Positions 27,583 to 42,318 of a DNA stretch of 64,000 nucleotides are shown piece after piece. The position numbers were made by a program, and so were the translations under genes. The stretch's first letter is position 1; each line of letters starts with the position of its first letter. The DNA comes from Eledone cirrhosa (Eukaryota), in NCBI GenBank assembly GCA_964016885.1, contig OZ024741.1:17050001-17114000 (forward strand). Direction: 5' to 3'. The notes below the pieces were generated by a model. It was given only the letters and a program-made list of their open reading frames with translations. It did not search any database and was not told where the DNA came from.

Positions 27583-27662
27583 CAGGGTGTTCCCAAAAAA
27601 CGTATACACACTTTGTATTAGAATGCTGTTGAAGTAAGTTTACATTTTTGGGGGACACCCTG
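27583..27662. mobile_element. 80-bp Tc1/mariner-type MITE
   Basis: TIRs cagggtgttcccaaaaa / tttttgggggacaccctg, with TA on the right flank. Confidence 0.75.
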
Positions 27663-28175
27663 TATATATATACACACATATATATACAAGAATATATATA
27701 TATATGGAGTAAAGTTACTCGATAAAGTGAGTATCTGGGAGATGAGGGAGTCAATCCAGATAGTCATTACTTTTATATATACGTAAACAAGACCGTTGTT
27801 GCTACAACCGGTCTATTCACCACCAATAACTACCCCAAATATATATATACACTTACACAACGTATATATACACTATATAAATATATAGAACAAACGCAAG
27901 CTATCATCAAATGCCCTATATGTAAACAATGTACTCGGAAAACAAAGCCAACAATAAACAAAACATCTATTGGACATGACCGACGGATTACAAAATGTTA
28001 CACTGGTAAAACCGAGCCAGTCATGAACTAAATGTCTATATTCCTATATCAGATATCATCTATATAACCCAACACCTAACTCACTCTAAATATGAGTATG
28101 GGGGAGACGGGCGTTTTCAAGCTGCAGCCGTCAAATTACGCAGTTTCTGTATAAGAATAGACATTAAATATTAGG

Positions 28176-28354
28176 ATTGGCAGTATCGGTAGAAGGTCGG
28201 ACACCATGCTTTGCAGCATAGAGTTACGCCCTTTTATGGTCTGAGTTCAAATCCAGCTGAGGTTCACTTTGCTTTTCATCCGTACGAGGTCGGTAAATAA
28301 AGTACCAGTAATATACTGGGATAATTGCTGGCCTTGTACCAAAAGTAGAAACAA

Positions 28355-28358
<4 letters not shown>
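28176..28358 (+). mobile_element. Short-form Deu/Nin-domain SINE
   Basis: Same consensus as 57876-58070. Confidence 0.8.
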
Positions 28359-28411
<53 letters not shown>

Positions 28412-28442
28412 ATTAGAAAGTGAACAACACAAAATATAACTA

Positions 28443-28510
28443 CTCGATTACCAAAGGTTTCTGGATCCCAGATAATATTAATATACGTCTGGATCGTTCA
28501 TCAGACAGAG
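28443..28510 (-). ncRNA. Type I hammerhead candidate within fold-back relic 28411-28628
   Basis: ctctgt-CTGATGA-ac-gatccaga...tctgggatc-ca-GAAA-cc-ttt-gg-TA-atcgag. The opposite arm has acggag, which pairs fully with ctctgt. Confidence 0.65.
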
Positions 28511-28642
28511 ATGAAACCTTTGGTAACGGAGTAGTTATATTTTGTGTTGTTCACTTTCTAATTAAATAGCTCTGTTCTATACATAGAGCACTCTTTTTTA
28601 CTTTGCTTTTTCTTCGGAATTACCTAACGAATATATATATAT

Positions 28643-28719
<77 letters not shown>

Positions 28720-29239
28720 TTTTCATATATTAAGGCACTCTCCATGCCAATGGATCTCCCTGTAAGGTTCCCCATCCTATCTAAGGTAGGAATTGAATCT
28801 CGAATACATTCTGCATCAATTCAATATTCTTACTTATTCCTGCAACGATGGAGAAGTAGAAACCCTATATCTATATATCATTGTGTATACATAGATATTA
28901 ATTATACGAATTTCACCGAATATTATTTGAAGAATTTGATGTACAACTCTCTTGAAACATGTGTAAGAAATTAAAAATGATTTAAAAGCTAATTTCCCAT
29001 CTATATATTTCACTATATCTACTCTGTGTTTATGTCTGACAACTCTTTCTCTTTAAGAATCTACTTTCTCTTCAAACCAATATAATATATAAACACTTCA
29101 GCTAATTCTGAAAGGACTTGGCAGTTATATCATATACAATTTATCTACATACATTTGCACTTTGTATATATAATTCTACCTTTGATACACAGACACGCGT
29201 ACACACACATACACACACACACACATAATATATATAGAT

Positions 29240-29270
<31 letters not shown>

Positions 29271-29520
29271 ACCTTCTTCAGAGAAGAAGCTTAGCGAACT
29301 ATCAACTCGCTTTGCTGAAACATTATAGCTATGTTGTAAAAAAATGAATAAATAAACTAATACATATTTACTCCATAAAAACAGTTCTGTCTACCTTGAT
29401 CACTACATCTGATATACGAGATCTATTATGAGAAATTACTCAATTATCTATAATCATTCTCTAATTCCCTGTCAACCAGGAGTCAGTCAAGAAAGTGACA
29501 TTCCTCCTATTATAATAAAA

Positions 29521-29727
29521 AAGCGGGAGAGCGTCGGACAATATGCTTTGCGGCATATAGTTACGGTCTTTTATGTTCTGAATTCAAATCCAGCTGAGGT
29601 TAGCTTCGCCTTTCATTCTTACGGGGTCGATAAAATAAAAGTACCAGTCACACACTGGAGTCGGTTTAATCGACTTTCCCCTCCCCCAAAATTGCTGGCC
29701 TTGTACCTATATAAGAAACCATTATAA
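29521..29727 (+). mobile_element. Long-form Deu/Nin-domain SINE
   Basis: Nin-like core plus the 3' segment. Similar copies at 30414-30615 (+), 31500-31715 (-), 48712-48890 (-), 53366-53525 (+) and 58077-58280 (+). Confidence 0.75.
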
Positions 29728-29971
29728 TAAAATCATATATTTGATATTATTTTATTGATATCTATTTTTGTAACACTGCTTGCTGTAAATTACATATAAA
29801 CTTATATAAGGTAATTATATATATATATTAGTATTGGTGTTCTGAAATAGCGATGTATACATGAACGTACACGTATGTATAGTACATTTGGTAATATACT
29901 GTATGTTTAATTAAAAACATTTAGAAGACTATTCGCTATGAGTTTTAAAGTAGTGACTATGTCACTTAATT

Positions 29972-30069
29972 ATTCTCGGCAAAAACAACAGAGAGTGGCC
30001 GACAGACAGTCTGTTTCTCGCTTGTAAGTGTTTATCAAGACCACACACTCAGTTGCCTTTGCCGAGAAT
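29972..30069 (-). ncRNA. Type I hammerhead candidate, U3-A8 core variant with extended stem I
   Basis: gtggtc-TTGATAA-a-cactt-ac-aagcg-a-GAAA-CAGAC-t-GTCTG-TC-ggccac, with a distal helix attctcggcaaa/tttgccgagaat. Lies in the repeat 29828-30385, which has direct and inverted duplications. Confidence 0.65.
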
Positions 30070-30975
30070 TATAGAGGCTGGATTCTTATAGAATTCCAGT
30101 AATAATCAGGAGCTGATTATACAGAGCGATTGCCGGTCCAGCAAAAATTAGGTATTAGGATTGGTGCTCTGAAATAGCGATGTATATATGATGTATGTAT
30201 AGTATATTTGGCAATATACCGTATGTTTAATTAAAAACATTTTGAAGACCATTCGCTATGAGTTTTATTTTCGCCGAAAATAAGTAAGTGACATAGTCAC
30301 TACTTTAAAACTAATAGGGAATGGTCTTTTAAATATTTTTAATTAAACATACGGTATATTGCCAAATATACTATACGTATATTTATATAAAGGTATTACA
30401 TATACATACAGATGGGGCGGTGGTTTGGCAGTGTCGGTAGAGCATCAGGAACTATGCTTTGCTGCAGAGAGTTATGAGTTCAAATCCCACCGAGGTTAGC
30501 TTTGTCTTTCATCCTTACGGGGTCGATAAAATAAAGTACCAGTCACACACTGTGGTTGATTTAATCGACATCCACCCCCAAATTGTTGGCCTTGTGCCGG
30601 TAGTAGAAATCATTATATATATACACACGCCCGCACTCTCACACATATGGGTGAGTAAGTAGGAGTGCGTTTGCCTACCTATTTAATAACATTGATAATT
30701 AACAACACTAGCAGAAAAACCACCCTCGGGTGGTGTTCTGCTAGCATGTGTAGTGTGTATATTGATATTATACGCAAGTATATATACATGTAGATAATCG
30801 TATTCGTAATTGACAATATCCACAGAAATTGAACGAAGACTGCGTTACACTGTCTTATGTAATCAGTAACGTAATCCATGATACATTAAAAATAGACGAT
30901 ATTATATATAAACTGTATTAGGAGAAAATTAGTGACAGAAATATATGAATGTTTTTATAAGTGTTATAATATAAT

Positions 30976-31163
30976 TGTTTCTACTTTTGGCACAAGGCCA
31001 GCAATTATCCCAGTACATTACTGGTACTTTATTTTATCGACCCCGTAAGGATGAAAGGCAAAGTTAAGCTCGGTGGAATTTGAACTCAGAATGGCAAGGG
31101 CCGTAACTCTATGCGCCAAAGCATGGCGTCCGACCCTCTACCGATACTGCCAATCCACCACCC
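30976..31163 (-). mobile_element. Young short-form Deu/Nin-domain SINE with 21-bp TSD
   Basis: TSD ttataagtgttataatataat at 30955-30975 and 31164-31184. Confidence 0.9.
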
Positions 31164-32786
31164 TTATAAGTGTTATAATATAATGGGCGCTAACCGGAAG
31201 TGTTGACATTTGAAAATTTTAAAGAATTGAATCTTAGAATAAGCAACAAAATTATTTATATTTAATCAAGAACAACGAAATTTAGTAGATAAATTATGTA
31301 ATATTCATTCATTATTTATTCAAAGTAATCCAACTTATTTTACTAACGGGATAACAAAATATATTCTGGACGCAGTCCCGCACTCTTCTCTTTATTACAG
31401 TTAAGATAGCTAAATTTCTTTAATTAGAAATTATCGAATCTGACGCGGAAAATTTCGAAATCGCTCCTAACCAGACCCTAAAATTCCCTAACAAATATAA
31501 TGGTTTCTAATTTAGCCACCAGGCCAAGAATTGTAGAAAAAGGGAAAGTCGATTACTCCAACCCCAGTACGTGACTAGAACTTTATTTTATTGACTTCCA
31601 GAAGGATGAAAGGTAAAGATGACCTCGGTAGGACTTGAACTCAGAACGTAGAAAGTCGTAACTTAGATTCTACAAAGAGTTTTGTCCGACGCTCTATCGA
31701 TTCTGTCAATCCACAGCTTTACTATAAGAGTTTGGGAAATAACGACAGTGATCTCACATGATTGGACATTTCTTATTTTTCATAAATATTTCACTTGGTT
31801 CACGTTATTCAAGCAAACTACTTTTAATGTAAGTAGCGGGGGGTCGTATGACTTATGTAGGTTAATACACTTTATATGATCTTAGGTTTGCAGTATTAAA
31901 CCTAAATGTTTAGAGAGATGATGAGTTAGTATTAACGACAAACGTCAGCAGACCTATATACGTATATGAGAGATGTTTATTCTATCGAGCTGAAAATAAC
32001 TGTCATCAACTTAACTACAGTTAACTTTATTCATGTTTCACACTGTTTAACCTCTAACTTACCACATGAAAATCTTATTTATACCAACAGAGGATTATGT
32101 TACACTATAATAGAATTGAAAACTCCATTGATAATATTTGTTGAAAGGATTTCTAGTTGGTTTTCAAATACAGAAGTCTTTGTTGAGGCAATCCTTTATG
32201 GAACCTTAAGAGTGAGTGCAATCAATGTATAAATTACACACTACCCCACCCCCTCATACTAAGAGAAAGCTCTGTAATATCATATAGTTCACACCTTTCG
32301 TCTCACTTAATGTCAAACCTAATATCACCTTCTCTCCCTAATAAACAAACACTTCCCAACCAACCATAAATAAAGATATTTAAATCACAGAATCTTAAAT
32401 TTAGGTTTAGTTTGCAGCAGAAACACGAAGAACACAATGTCACATGACCCCTCTCACTGTCTGCCGAGGCAGAAGAAACATCAACGTATGACAACTAAAT
32501 GGTGTTAGTCTGAATGAAGAAAAAAAGGAAATGAATTATTGCCTTTAGCGTTTCGGAGGTTAATCCTTCATCAAAAAAGAAAAGAATGCGGAAGATGAAA
32601 GAAAGAGAAATAAAACGGAAAAAATGAAAGAAAGAGAAACAAGGGAAGAATAGAGAATGGTGAGAATTATACACAAAGAGGGCGGGTGTATTGTAGGGGT
32701 GGGGGAAAACCCTGTCCTGTGAAGTAGCATCAGAAAGGTGTGGTGTGTATAATAATAATAATAATAATAATAATATATATATATAC

Positions 32787-33500
32787 ATGCGTATGAGTAA
32801 GTGTGTGTCTGTGAGGGTGTATGTGCGTGTGTGTGTGTGTATGCGTATGAGTAAGTGTGTGTATGTGAGTGTGTGTGTGTGTGTATGCGTATGAGTAAGT
32901 GTGTCTGTGAGTGTGTGTGTGTGTGTATGCGTATGAGTAAGTGTGTCTGTGAGTGTGTGTGTATGCGTATGAGTAAGTGTGTGTATGTGAGTGTCTGTGT
33001 GTGTATGAGTATGAGTAAGTGTGTGTATGTGAGTGTGTGTGTGAGTATGCGTATGAGTAAGTGTGTGTATGCGAGTGTGTGTGTGTGTATGCGTATGAGT
33101 AAGTGTGTATGTGAGTGTGTGTGTGTATGCGTATGAGTAAGTGTGTGTATGTGAGTGTGTGTGTGTGTATGCGTATGAGTAAGTGTGTGTATGTGAGTCT
33201 GTGTGTGTGTATGCGTATGAGTAAGTGTGTGTATGCGTATGAGTAAGTGTGTGTATGCGTATGAGTAAGTGTGTGTATGTGAGTGTGTGTGTGTGTATGC
33301 GTATGAGTAAGTGTGTGTATGTGAGTGTGTGTGTGTATGCGTATGAGTAAGTGTGTGTGTATGAGTGTGTGTGTGTGTGTATGCGTATGAGTAAGTGTGT
33401 GTATGTGAGTGTGTGTGTGTGTATGCGTATGAGTAAGTGTGTGTATGTGAGTGTGTGTGTGTGTATGCGTATGAGTAAGTGTGTGTGTGTGTGTGAGTGA
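32787..33500. repeat. Minisatellite of GTATGCGTATGAGTAAGT plus variable (GT)n
   Basis: Many tandem units visible. Confidence 0.9.
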
Positions 33501-33569
33501 TGAAAATGATGAACAATGTGAAAGAAATGGAAATTTGAGAAGAATTTTAATGGAAAAAATAATTCACTA

Positions 33570-34238
33570 ATGATGGTGATGATGATGATAGTGGTGGTAG
33601 TGGTGATGGTATGGATGGTGGTGATGGTGGTGGTAAAGGTGGTGGTGGTGGTGAAGGTGGTAGTGATGATGGTAGTCGAGGTGATGGTGGTGATGATGGT
33701 AGTGGTGATGTTGATTGTAGTGATGATGGTTGTAGCGATGGTAGTGGTGGTGGTGGTGGTGGCTATGGTGGTGGTTGTGACGATGGCAGTGGTGTTGATG
33801 GTGGTGGTGGTGATGGTGGTGATGATGATGGTAGTGGTGGTGGTGGTGATGGTGGTGTTGGTGATGTTGGTGGTGGTGGTGATGGTGGTGGTGATCGTGG
33901 TGGTGATGATGGCAGTGGTGGTGATGGTGGTGGTGATGGTGGTGGTGATGGTGGTGGTGTTGGTGGTGGTTGTGACGATGGCAGTGGTGTTGATGGTGGT
34001 GGTGGTGATGGTGGTGGTGATGATGATGGTAGTGGTGGTGGTGGTGATGGTGGTGTTGGTGATGTTGGTGGTGGTGGTGATGGTGGTGGTGATCGTGGTG
34101 GTGATGATGGCAGTGGTGGTGATGGTGGTGGTGATGGTGGTGGTGATGGTGGTGGTGGTGGTGTTGGTGGTGGTGGTGGTGGTGATTATGGCAGTGGTGG
34201 TAGTGGTGATGGTGGTGGTGGTGATGGTGGTGATGGTG
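33570..34238. repeat. Degenerate (GGT/GAT)n with an internal ~195-bp duplication
   Basis: Landmarks ttgtgacgatggcag and gatcgtgg each occur twice, ~195-198 bp apart. Confidence 0.85.
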
Positions 34239-34684
34239 AAAGTGTGTGAAGAAGAATGTCGAGAACAATGAATGAGGTGAAGAAATATTACCCCCCCCCC
34301 CTCCACTTCCACCAAAACTATCCGAAAGTCTTGGAGTTGAATCTGTATTAGCTGCAGGGTATATATAGTGTGTGTGTGTGTGTTTCTGTATTAGTGTGTC
34401 TATGTGTATGTGTGTGTGTGTGTTTGTATTTGTTCGTGTTTTTTTGTATGTGTGTTTGTGTGTGTGAGTGTCTACGGGAATGTTTGTGTGTTACACTATA
34501 TCTGTGTTAGGGTGGTACTGTTATTGCCACAGCTTCTGGTAGTGATGGCGTTCATAAATAGAACCCCCCCCTCTCTCTCTCTCTCTCTCCTTCATCTTCT
34601 CTGTCTTTTAAGGAAGTGTTCTTTCGGTAAAAGTCTGCCATGTTTGCTTAGCACTTGTCTTCTCTGCCAATGACACTTGGAACA

Positions 34685-37600
34685 ACCACACGACCACAGC
34701 ACCACACCACCACACGACCACACCGCCACAGCACCACAGCACCACACCGCCACAGCACCACACCACCACACCACCACACCACCACACGACCACAGCACCA
34801 CACCACCACACGACCACACCACCACACGACCACACCACCACAGCACCACACCACCACACCACCACAGCACCACACGACCACAGCACCACACCACCACACG
34901 ACCACACCACCACACGACCACACCGCCACAGCACCACACCACCACACCACCACACCACCACACCACCACAGCACCACACGACCACACCACCACAGCACCA
35001 CACCACCACACGACCACACCACCACACCACCACAGCACCACACCACCACACGACCACACCACCACACGACCACACCGCCACAGCACCACACCACCACACG
35101 ACCACACCACCACACGACCACACCGCCACAGCACCACACCACCACACGACCACACCACCACACGACCACACCGCCACAGCACCACACCACCACACGACCA
35201 CACCACCACACCACCACACGACCACACCACCACAGCACCACACCACCACACGACCACACCACCACACCACCACAGCACCACACCACCACACGACCACACC
35301 ACCACACCACCACAGCACCACACCACCACACGACCACACCACCACACGACCACACCACCACACCATCACACCACCACACGACCACACCACCACACGACCA
35401 CACCGCCACAGCACCACACGACCACACCACCACACCGCCACACCACCACACCACCACACGACCACACCACCACACGACCACACCGCCACAGCACCACACG
35501 ACCACACCACCACACCGCCACACCACCACACCACCACACGACCACACGACCACACCACCACACCATCACACCACCACACGACCACACCACCACACGACCA
35601 CAGCACCACACCACCACACGACCACACCACCACACCATCACACCACCACACGACCACACCACCACACGACCACACCGCCACAGCACCACACCACCACACC
35701 ACCACACCACCACACGACCACACCACCACACGACCACAGCACCACACCACCACACGACCACACCACCACACGACCACACCACCACAGCACCACACCACCA
35801 CACCACCACAGCACCACACGACCACAGCACCACACCACCACACGACCACACCACCACACGACCACACCGCCACAGCACCACACCACCACACCACCACACC
35901 ACCACACCACCACAGCACCACACGACCACACCACCACAGCACCACACCACCACACGACCACACCACCACACCACCACAGCACCACACCACCACACGACCA
36001 CACCACCACACGACCACACCGCCACAGCACCACACCACCACACGACCACACCACCACACGACCACACCGCCACAGCACCACACCACCACACGACCACACC
36101 ACCACAAGACCACACCGCCACAGCACCACACCACCACACGACCACACCACCACACCACCACACGACCACACGACCACAGCACCACACCACCACACGACCA
36201 CACCACCACACCACCACAGCACCACACCACCACACGACCACACCACCACACCACCACAGCACCACACCACCACACGACCACACCACCACACGACCACACC
36301 ACCACACCATCACACCACCACACGACCACACCACCACACGACCACACCGCCACAGCACCACACGACCACACCACCACACCGCCACACCACCACACCACCA
36401 CACGACCACACCACCACACGACCACACCGCCACAGCACCACACGACCACACCACCACACCGCCACACCACCACACCACCACACCACCACACGACCACACC
36501 ACCACACCATCACACCACCACACGACCACACCACCACACGACCACAGCACCACACCACCACACGACCACACCACCACACCATCACACCACCACACGACCA
36601 CACCACCACACGACCACACCGCCACAGCACCACACCACCACACCACCACACCACCACACGACCACACCACCACACGACCACACCACCACACCGCCACACC
36701 ACCACACGACCACACGACCACACGACCACACCACCACACCACCACACCACCACACCACCACAGCACCACAGCACCACGCCACCACACGACCACTCCACCA
36801 CACCACCACACCACCATACGACCACAGCACCACACCACCACACCACCACACCGCCACACCACCACACCACCACACCACCACACCACCACAGCACCACACC
36901 ACCACAGCACCACACCATCACACGACCACACGACCACAGCACCACAGCACCACACCACCACACCGCCACAGCACCACACCACCACACCGCCACACCACCA
37001 CAGCACCACACCATCACAGCACCACAGCACCACACCGCCACAGCACCACACCATCACACCACCACACCGCCACACCACCACACCATCACACCACCACACC
37101 GCCACACCACCACAGCACCACACCATCACAGCACCACAGCACCACACCGCCACAGCACCACACCATCACACCACCACACCGCCACACCACCACAACGCCA
37201 CAGCACCACACCATCACACCACCACACCGCCACACCACCACAACGCCACAGCACCACACCATCACACCAGCACACCGCCACACCACCACAACGCCACAGC
37301 ACCACACCATCACACCACCACACGACCACACCACCACACCACCACAGCACCACACCACCACACCACCACACCACCACACCACCACAGCACCACACCACCA
37401 CACCACCACACCCCCACACCACCACACCACCACACCACCACAGCACCACACCACCTCAGCACCACACCACCACACCACCACACCACCACACCACCACACC
37501 ACCACACGACCACACCACCACACGACCACAGCACCACAGCACCACACCACCACACCACCACACCACCACGCCACCACACCACCACACCACCACAGCACCA

Positions 37601-40600
37601 CAGCACCACTGCACCACACCACCACACCACCACAGCACCACACCACCACAGCACCACACCACCACACGACCACACCGCCACAGCACCACACCACCACGCC
37701 GCCACACCACCACACGACCACAGCACCACACCACCACTCCACCACACCACCACACCACCACACGACCACACCACCACACCGCCACAGCACCACACAACCA
37801 CACCGCCACAGCACCACAGCACCACACCACCACACCACCACACGACCACACCACCACACCACCACACGACCACACCGCCACAGCACCACACAACCACACC
37901 GCCACACCACCACACCACCACAGCACCACACCACACCACACCACCACACCACCACAGCACCACACCACTACACCACCACACCGCCACAGCACCACAGCAC
38001 CACACCACCACACCACCACACGACCACACCCCCACACCCCCACACCACCACACCACCACACCACCACAGCACCACACCACACCACCACACCACCACACCA
38101 CCACACCACCACAGCACCACACCACCACACCACCACACGACCACACGACTACACCGCCACAGCACCACAGCACCACACCACCACACCACCACACGACCAC
38201 AGCACCACACCACCACAGCACCACAGCACCACGCCACCACACCACCACACCACCACAGCACCACACCACCACAGCACCACACCACCACAGCACCACACCA
38301 CCACACCACCACACGACCACACCACCACAGCACCACACCACCACAGCACCACAGCACCACACCACCACACCACCACAGCACCACACCACCACACCACCAC
38401 AGCACCACACCACCACACCACCACACCACCACAGCACCACACCACCACACCACCACAGCACCACACCACCACACCCCCACACAACCACAACACCACACGA
38501 CCACATCACAACCACACCACACCACCACAGCACCACAGCACCACACCACCACACCACCACACCACCACAGCACCACTGCACCACACCACCACACCACCAC
38601 AGCACCACACCACCACACCACCACAGCACCACACCACCACACCACCACAGCACCACACCACCACACCACCACACCACCACAGCACCACAGCACCACACCA
38701 CCACACCACCACACCACCACAGCACCACTGCACCACACCACCACACCACCACAGCACCACATCACTACACGACCACACGACCACAGCACCACACCACACC
38801 ACACGACCACAGCACCACACCACAACAGCACCACACCACCACACCACCACACCACCACACCACCACAGCACCACACCACCACACCACCACAGCACCACAT
38901 CACTACACGACCACACGACCACAGCACCACACCACACCACACGACCACAGCACCACACCACAACAGCACCACACCACACCACACCACCACACCACCACAC
39001 CACAACAGCACCACACCACACCACACCACCACACCACCATACCACCACATCACCACACCACCACACCATCACACCACCACACCACCACAACACCACACCA
39101 CCACAGCACCACACCACCACACCACCACAGCACCACACCACACCACACGACCACAGCACCACACCACCACACCACCACAGCACCACAGCACCACACCACC
39201 ACATCACCACACCACCACACCATCACACCACCACACCACCACACCACCACACCACCACAACACCACACGACCACAGCACCACACGACCACACGACCACAC
39301 CACCACACGACCACACGACCACACCACCACAGCACCACACCACCACACCACCACACCGCCACACCACCACACCACCACACCACCACACCACCACAGCACC
39401 ACACCACCACAGCACCACACCATCACACGACCACACGACCACAGCACCACAGCACCACACCACCACACCGCCACAGTACCACACCACCACACCGCCACAC
39501 CACCACAGCACCACACCATCACAGCACCACAGCACCACACCGCCACAGCACCACACCATCACACCACCACACCGCCACACCACCACACCATCACACCACC
39601 ACACCGCCACACCACCACAGCACCACACCATCACAGCACCACAGCACCACACCGCCACAGCACCACACCATCACACCACCACACCGCCACACCACCACAA
39701 CGCCACAGCACCACACCATCACACCACCACACCGCCACACCACCACAACGCCACAGCACCACACCATCACACCACCACACCGCCACACCACCACAACGCC
39801 ACAGCACCACACCATCACACCACCACACGACCACACCACCACACCACCACAGCACCACACCACCACACGACCACACCACCACACCACCACAGCACCACAC
39901 CACCACACCACCACACCCCCACACCACCACACCACCACACCACCACAGCACCACACCACCTCAGCACCACACCACCACACCACCACACCACCACACCACC
40001 ACACCACCACACGACCACACCACCACACGACCACAGCACCACAGCACCACACCACCACACCACCACACCACCACGCCACCACACCACCACACCACCACAC
40101 CACCACAGCACCACTGTACCACACCACCACACCACCACAGCACCACACCACCACAGCACCACACCACCACACGACCACACCGCCACAGCACCACACCACC
40201 ACGCCGCCACACCACCACACGACCACAGCACCACACCACCACTCCACCACACCACCACACCACCACACGACCACACCACCACACCGCCACAGCACCACAC
40301 AACCACACCGCCACAGCACCACAGCACCACACCACCACACCACCACACGACCACACCACCACACCACCACACGACCACACCGCCACAGCACCACACAACC
40401 ACACCGCCACACCACCACACCACCACAGCACCACACCACACCACACCACCACACCACCACAGCACCACACCACTACACCACCACACCGCCACAGCACCAC
40501 AGCACCACACCACCACACCACCACACGACCACACCCCCACACCCCCACACCACCACACCACCACACCACCACAGCACCACACCACACCACCACACCACCA

Positions 40601-42070
40601 CACCACCACAGCACCACACCACACCACACGACCACAGCACCACACCACAACAGCACCACACCACACCACACCACCACACCACCACACCACAACAGCACCA
40701 CACCACACCACCACACCACCATACCACCACATCACCACACCACCACACCATCACACCACCACACCACCACAACACCACACCACCACAGCACCACACCACC
40801 ACACCACCACAGCACCACACCACACCACACGACCACAGCACCACACCACCACAGCACCACAGCACCACACCACCACATCACCACACCACCACACCATCAC
40901 ACCACCACACCACCACACCACCACACCACCACAACACCACACGACCACAGCACCACACGACCACACGACCACACCACCACACGACCACACGACCACACCA
41001 CCACATCACCACACCACCACACCACCACACGACCACACGACCACACCACCAGACCACCACATGACCACATGACCACAGCACCACACCCCCACACCACCAC
41101 ATCACCACACGACCACAGCACCACACCACGACACCACCACACCACCACATCACCACAGCACCACAACACCACACCACCACACTACCACACGACCACAGCA
41201 CCACACCACCACATCACCTCACGACCACAGCACCACATCACCTAAGCACCACACCACCACACCACCACATCACCACACCACCACACCACACCACCACACC
41301 CCCACACAACCACAACACCACACGACCACATCACCACCACACCACACCACCACAGCACCACACCACCACACCACCACACCACCACACCACCACAGCACCA
41401 CATCACTACACGACCACACGACCACAGCACCACACCACACCACACGACCACAGCACCACACCACCACAGCACCACATCACCACACGACCACAGCACCACA
41501 GCACCACACCACCACATCACCACACGACCACAGCACCACACCACCACACCACCACACCACCACATCACCACAGCACCACAACACCACACCACCACACTAC
41601 CACACGACCACAGCACCACACCACCACATCACCTCACGACCACAGCACCACATCACCTAAGCACCACACCACCACACCACCACATCACCACACCACACCA
41701 CCACACCCCCACACAACCACAACACCACACGACCACATCACAACCACACCACACCACCACAGCACCACAGCACCACACCACCACACCACCACACCACCAC
41801 AGCACCACATCACTACACGACCACACGACCACAGCACCACACCACACCACACGACCACAGCACCACACCACCACAGCACCACACCACCACACCACCATAC
41901 CACCACATCACCACACCACCACACCACCACACGACCACAGCACCACACGACCACACCACCACACGACCACACCACCACACGACCACACCACCACACCACC
42001 AAATCACCACACCACCACACCACCACACCACCACATCACCACACGACCACAGCACCACACCGCCACACCA
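34685..42070. repeat. 7.4-kb octamer satellite (ACCACACC / ACCACACG / ACCACAGC variants) with higher-order duplications
   Basis: 8-bp period. ORF-track offsets show duplicated blocks at 944 bp, 2505 bp and 415 bp. Confidence 0.95.
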
Positions 42071-42318
42071 ATCTGTTTTTCTGTCTTTCTGTCTGCCTAT
42101 CTATCTATCTATCTTGATAGAGTAAGACACGCTTCACATCGGCTCCGCTATTGCATCAGGATTTACCCTTACTATAGTAAGTACCGGATAAATTTTTCAG
42201 TGCAACACATTTGGAACACTAACCCCTGTTATTTAGGGAAACATTTTTGCATTTACCCCCTTTTTAGGGGGTAAAATAAATATCTATTTTTTTGCCGAAA
42301 AATTTCTTTCTTGGCAGC

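Noticed and set aside
32540-32582. Minus-strand TTGATGA-agga..tcc-GAAA-cgcta motif
   Set aside because: C3U without the compensating A8, and weak stems I and III. Probably a dead PLE hammerhead, so not called.
34508-34561. Possible + strand exon GGTVIATASGSDGVHK*
   Set aside because: Short, with a weak acceptor and no partner exons; the resemblance to WD40 or oxidoreductase motifs could be chance.
34655-41245. 2196-aa and 2131-aa His/Thr/Pro-rich ORFs suggesting a His-rich structural protein
   Set aside because: The 8-bp period gives the same peptide in all frames, and the strand nearly lacks T so it cannot form stops. No signal peptide or codon-level constraint is visible.
34685-42070. CRISPR-like or telomeric array
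   Set aside because: There are no unique spacers and no cas genes, and the unit is not TTAGGG.
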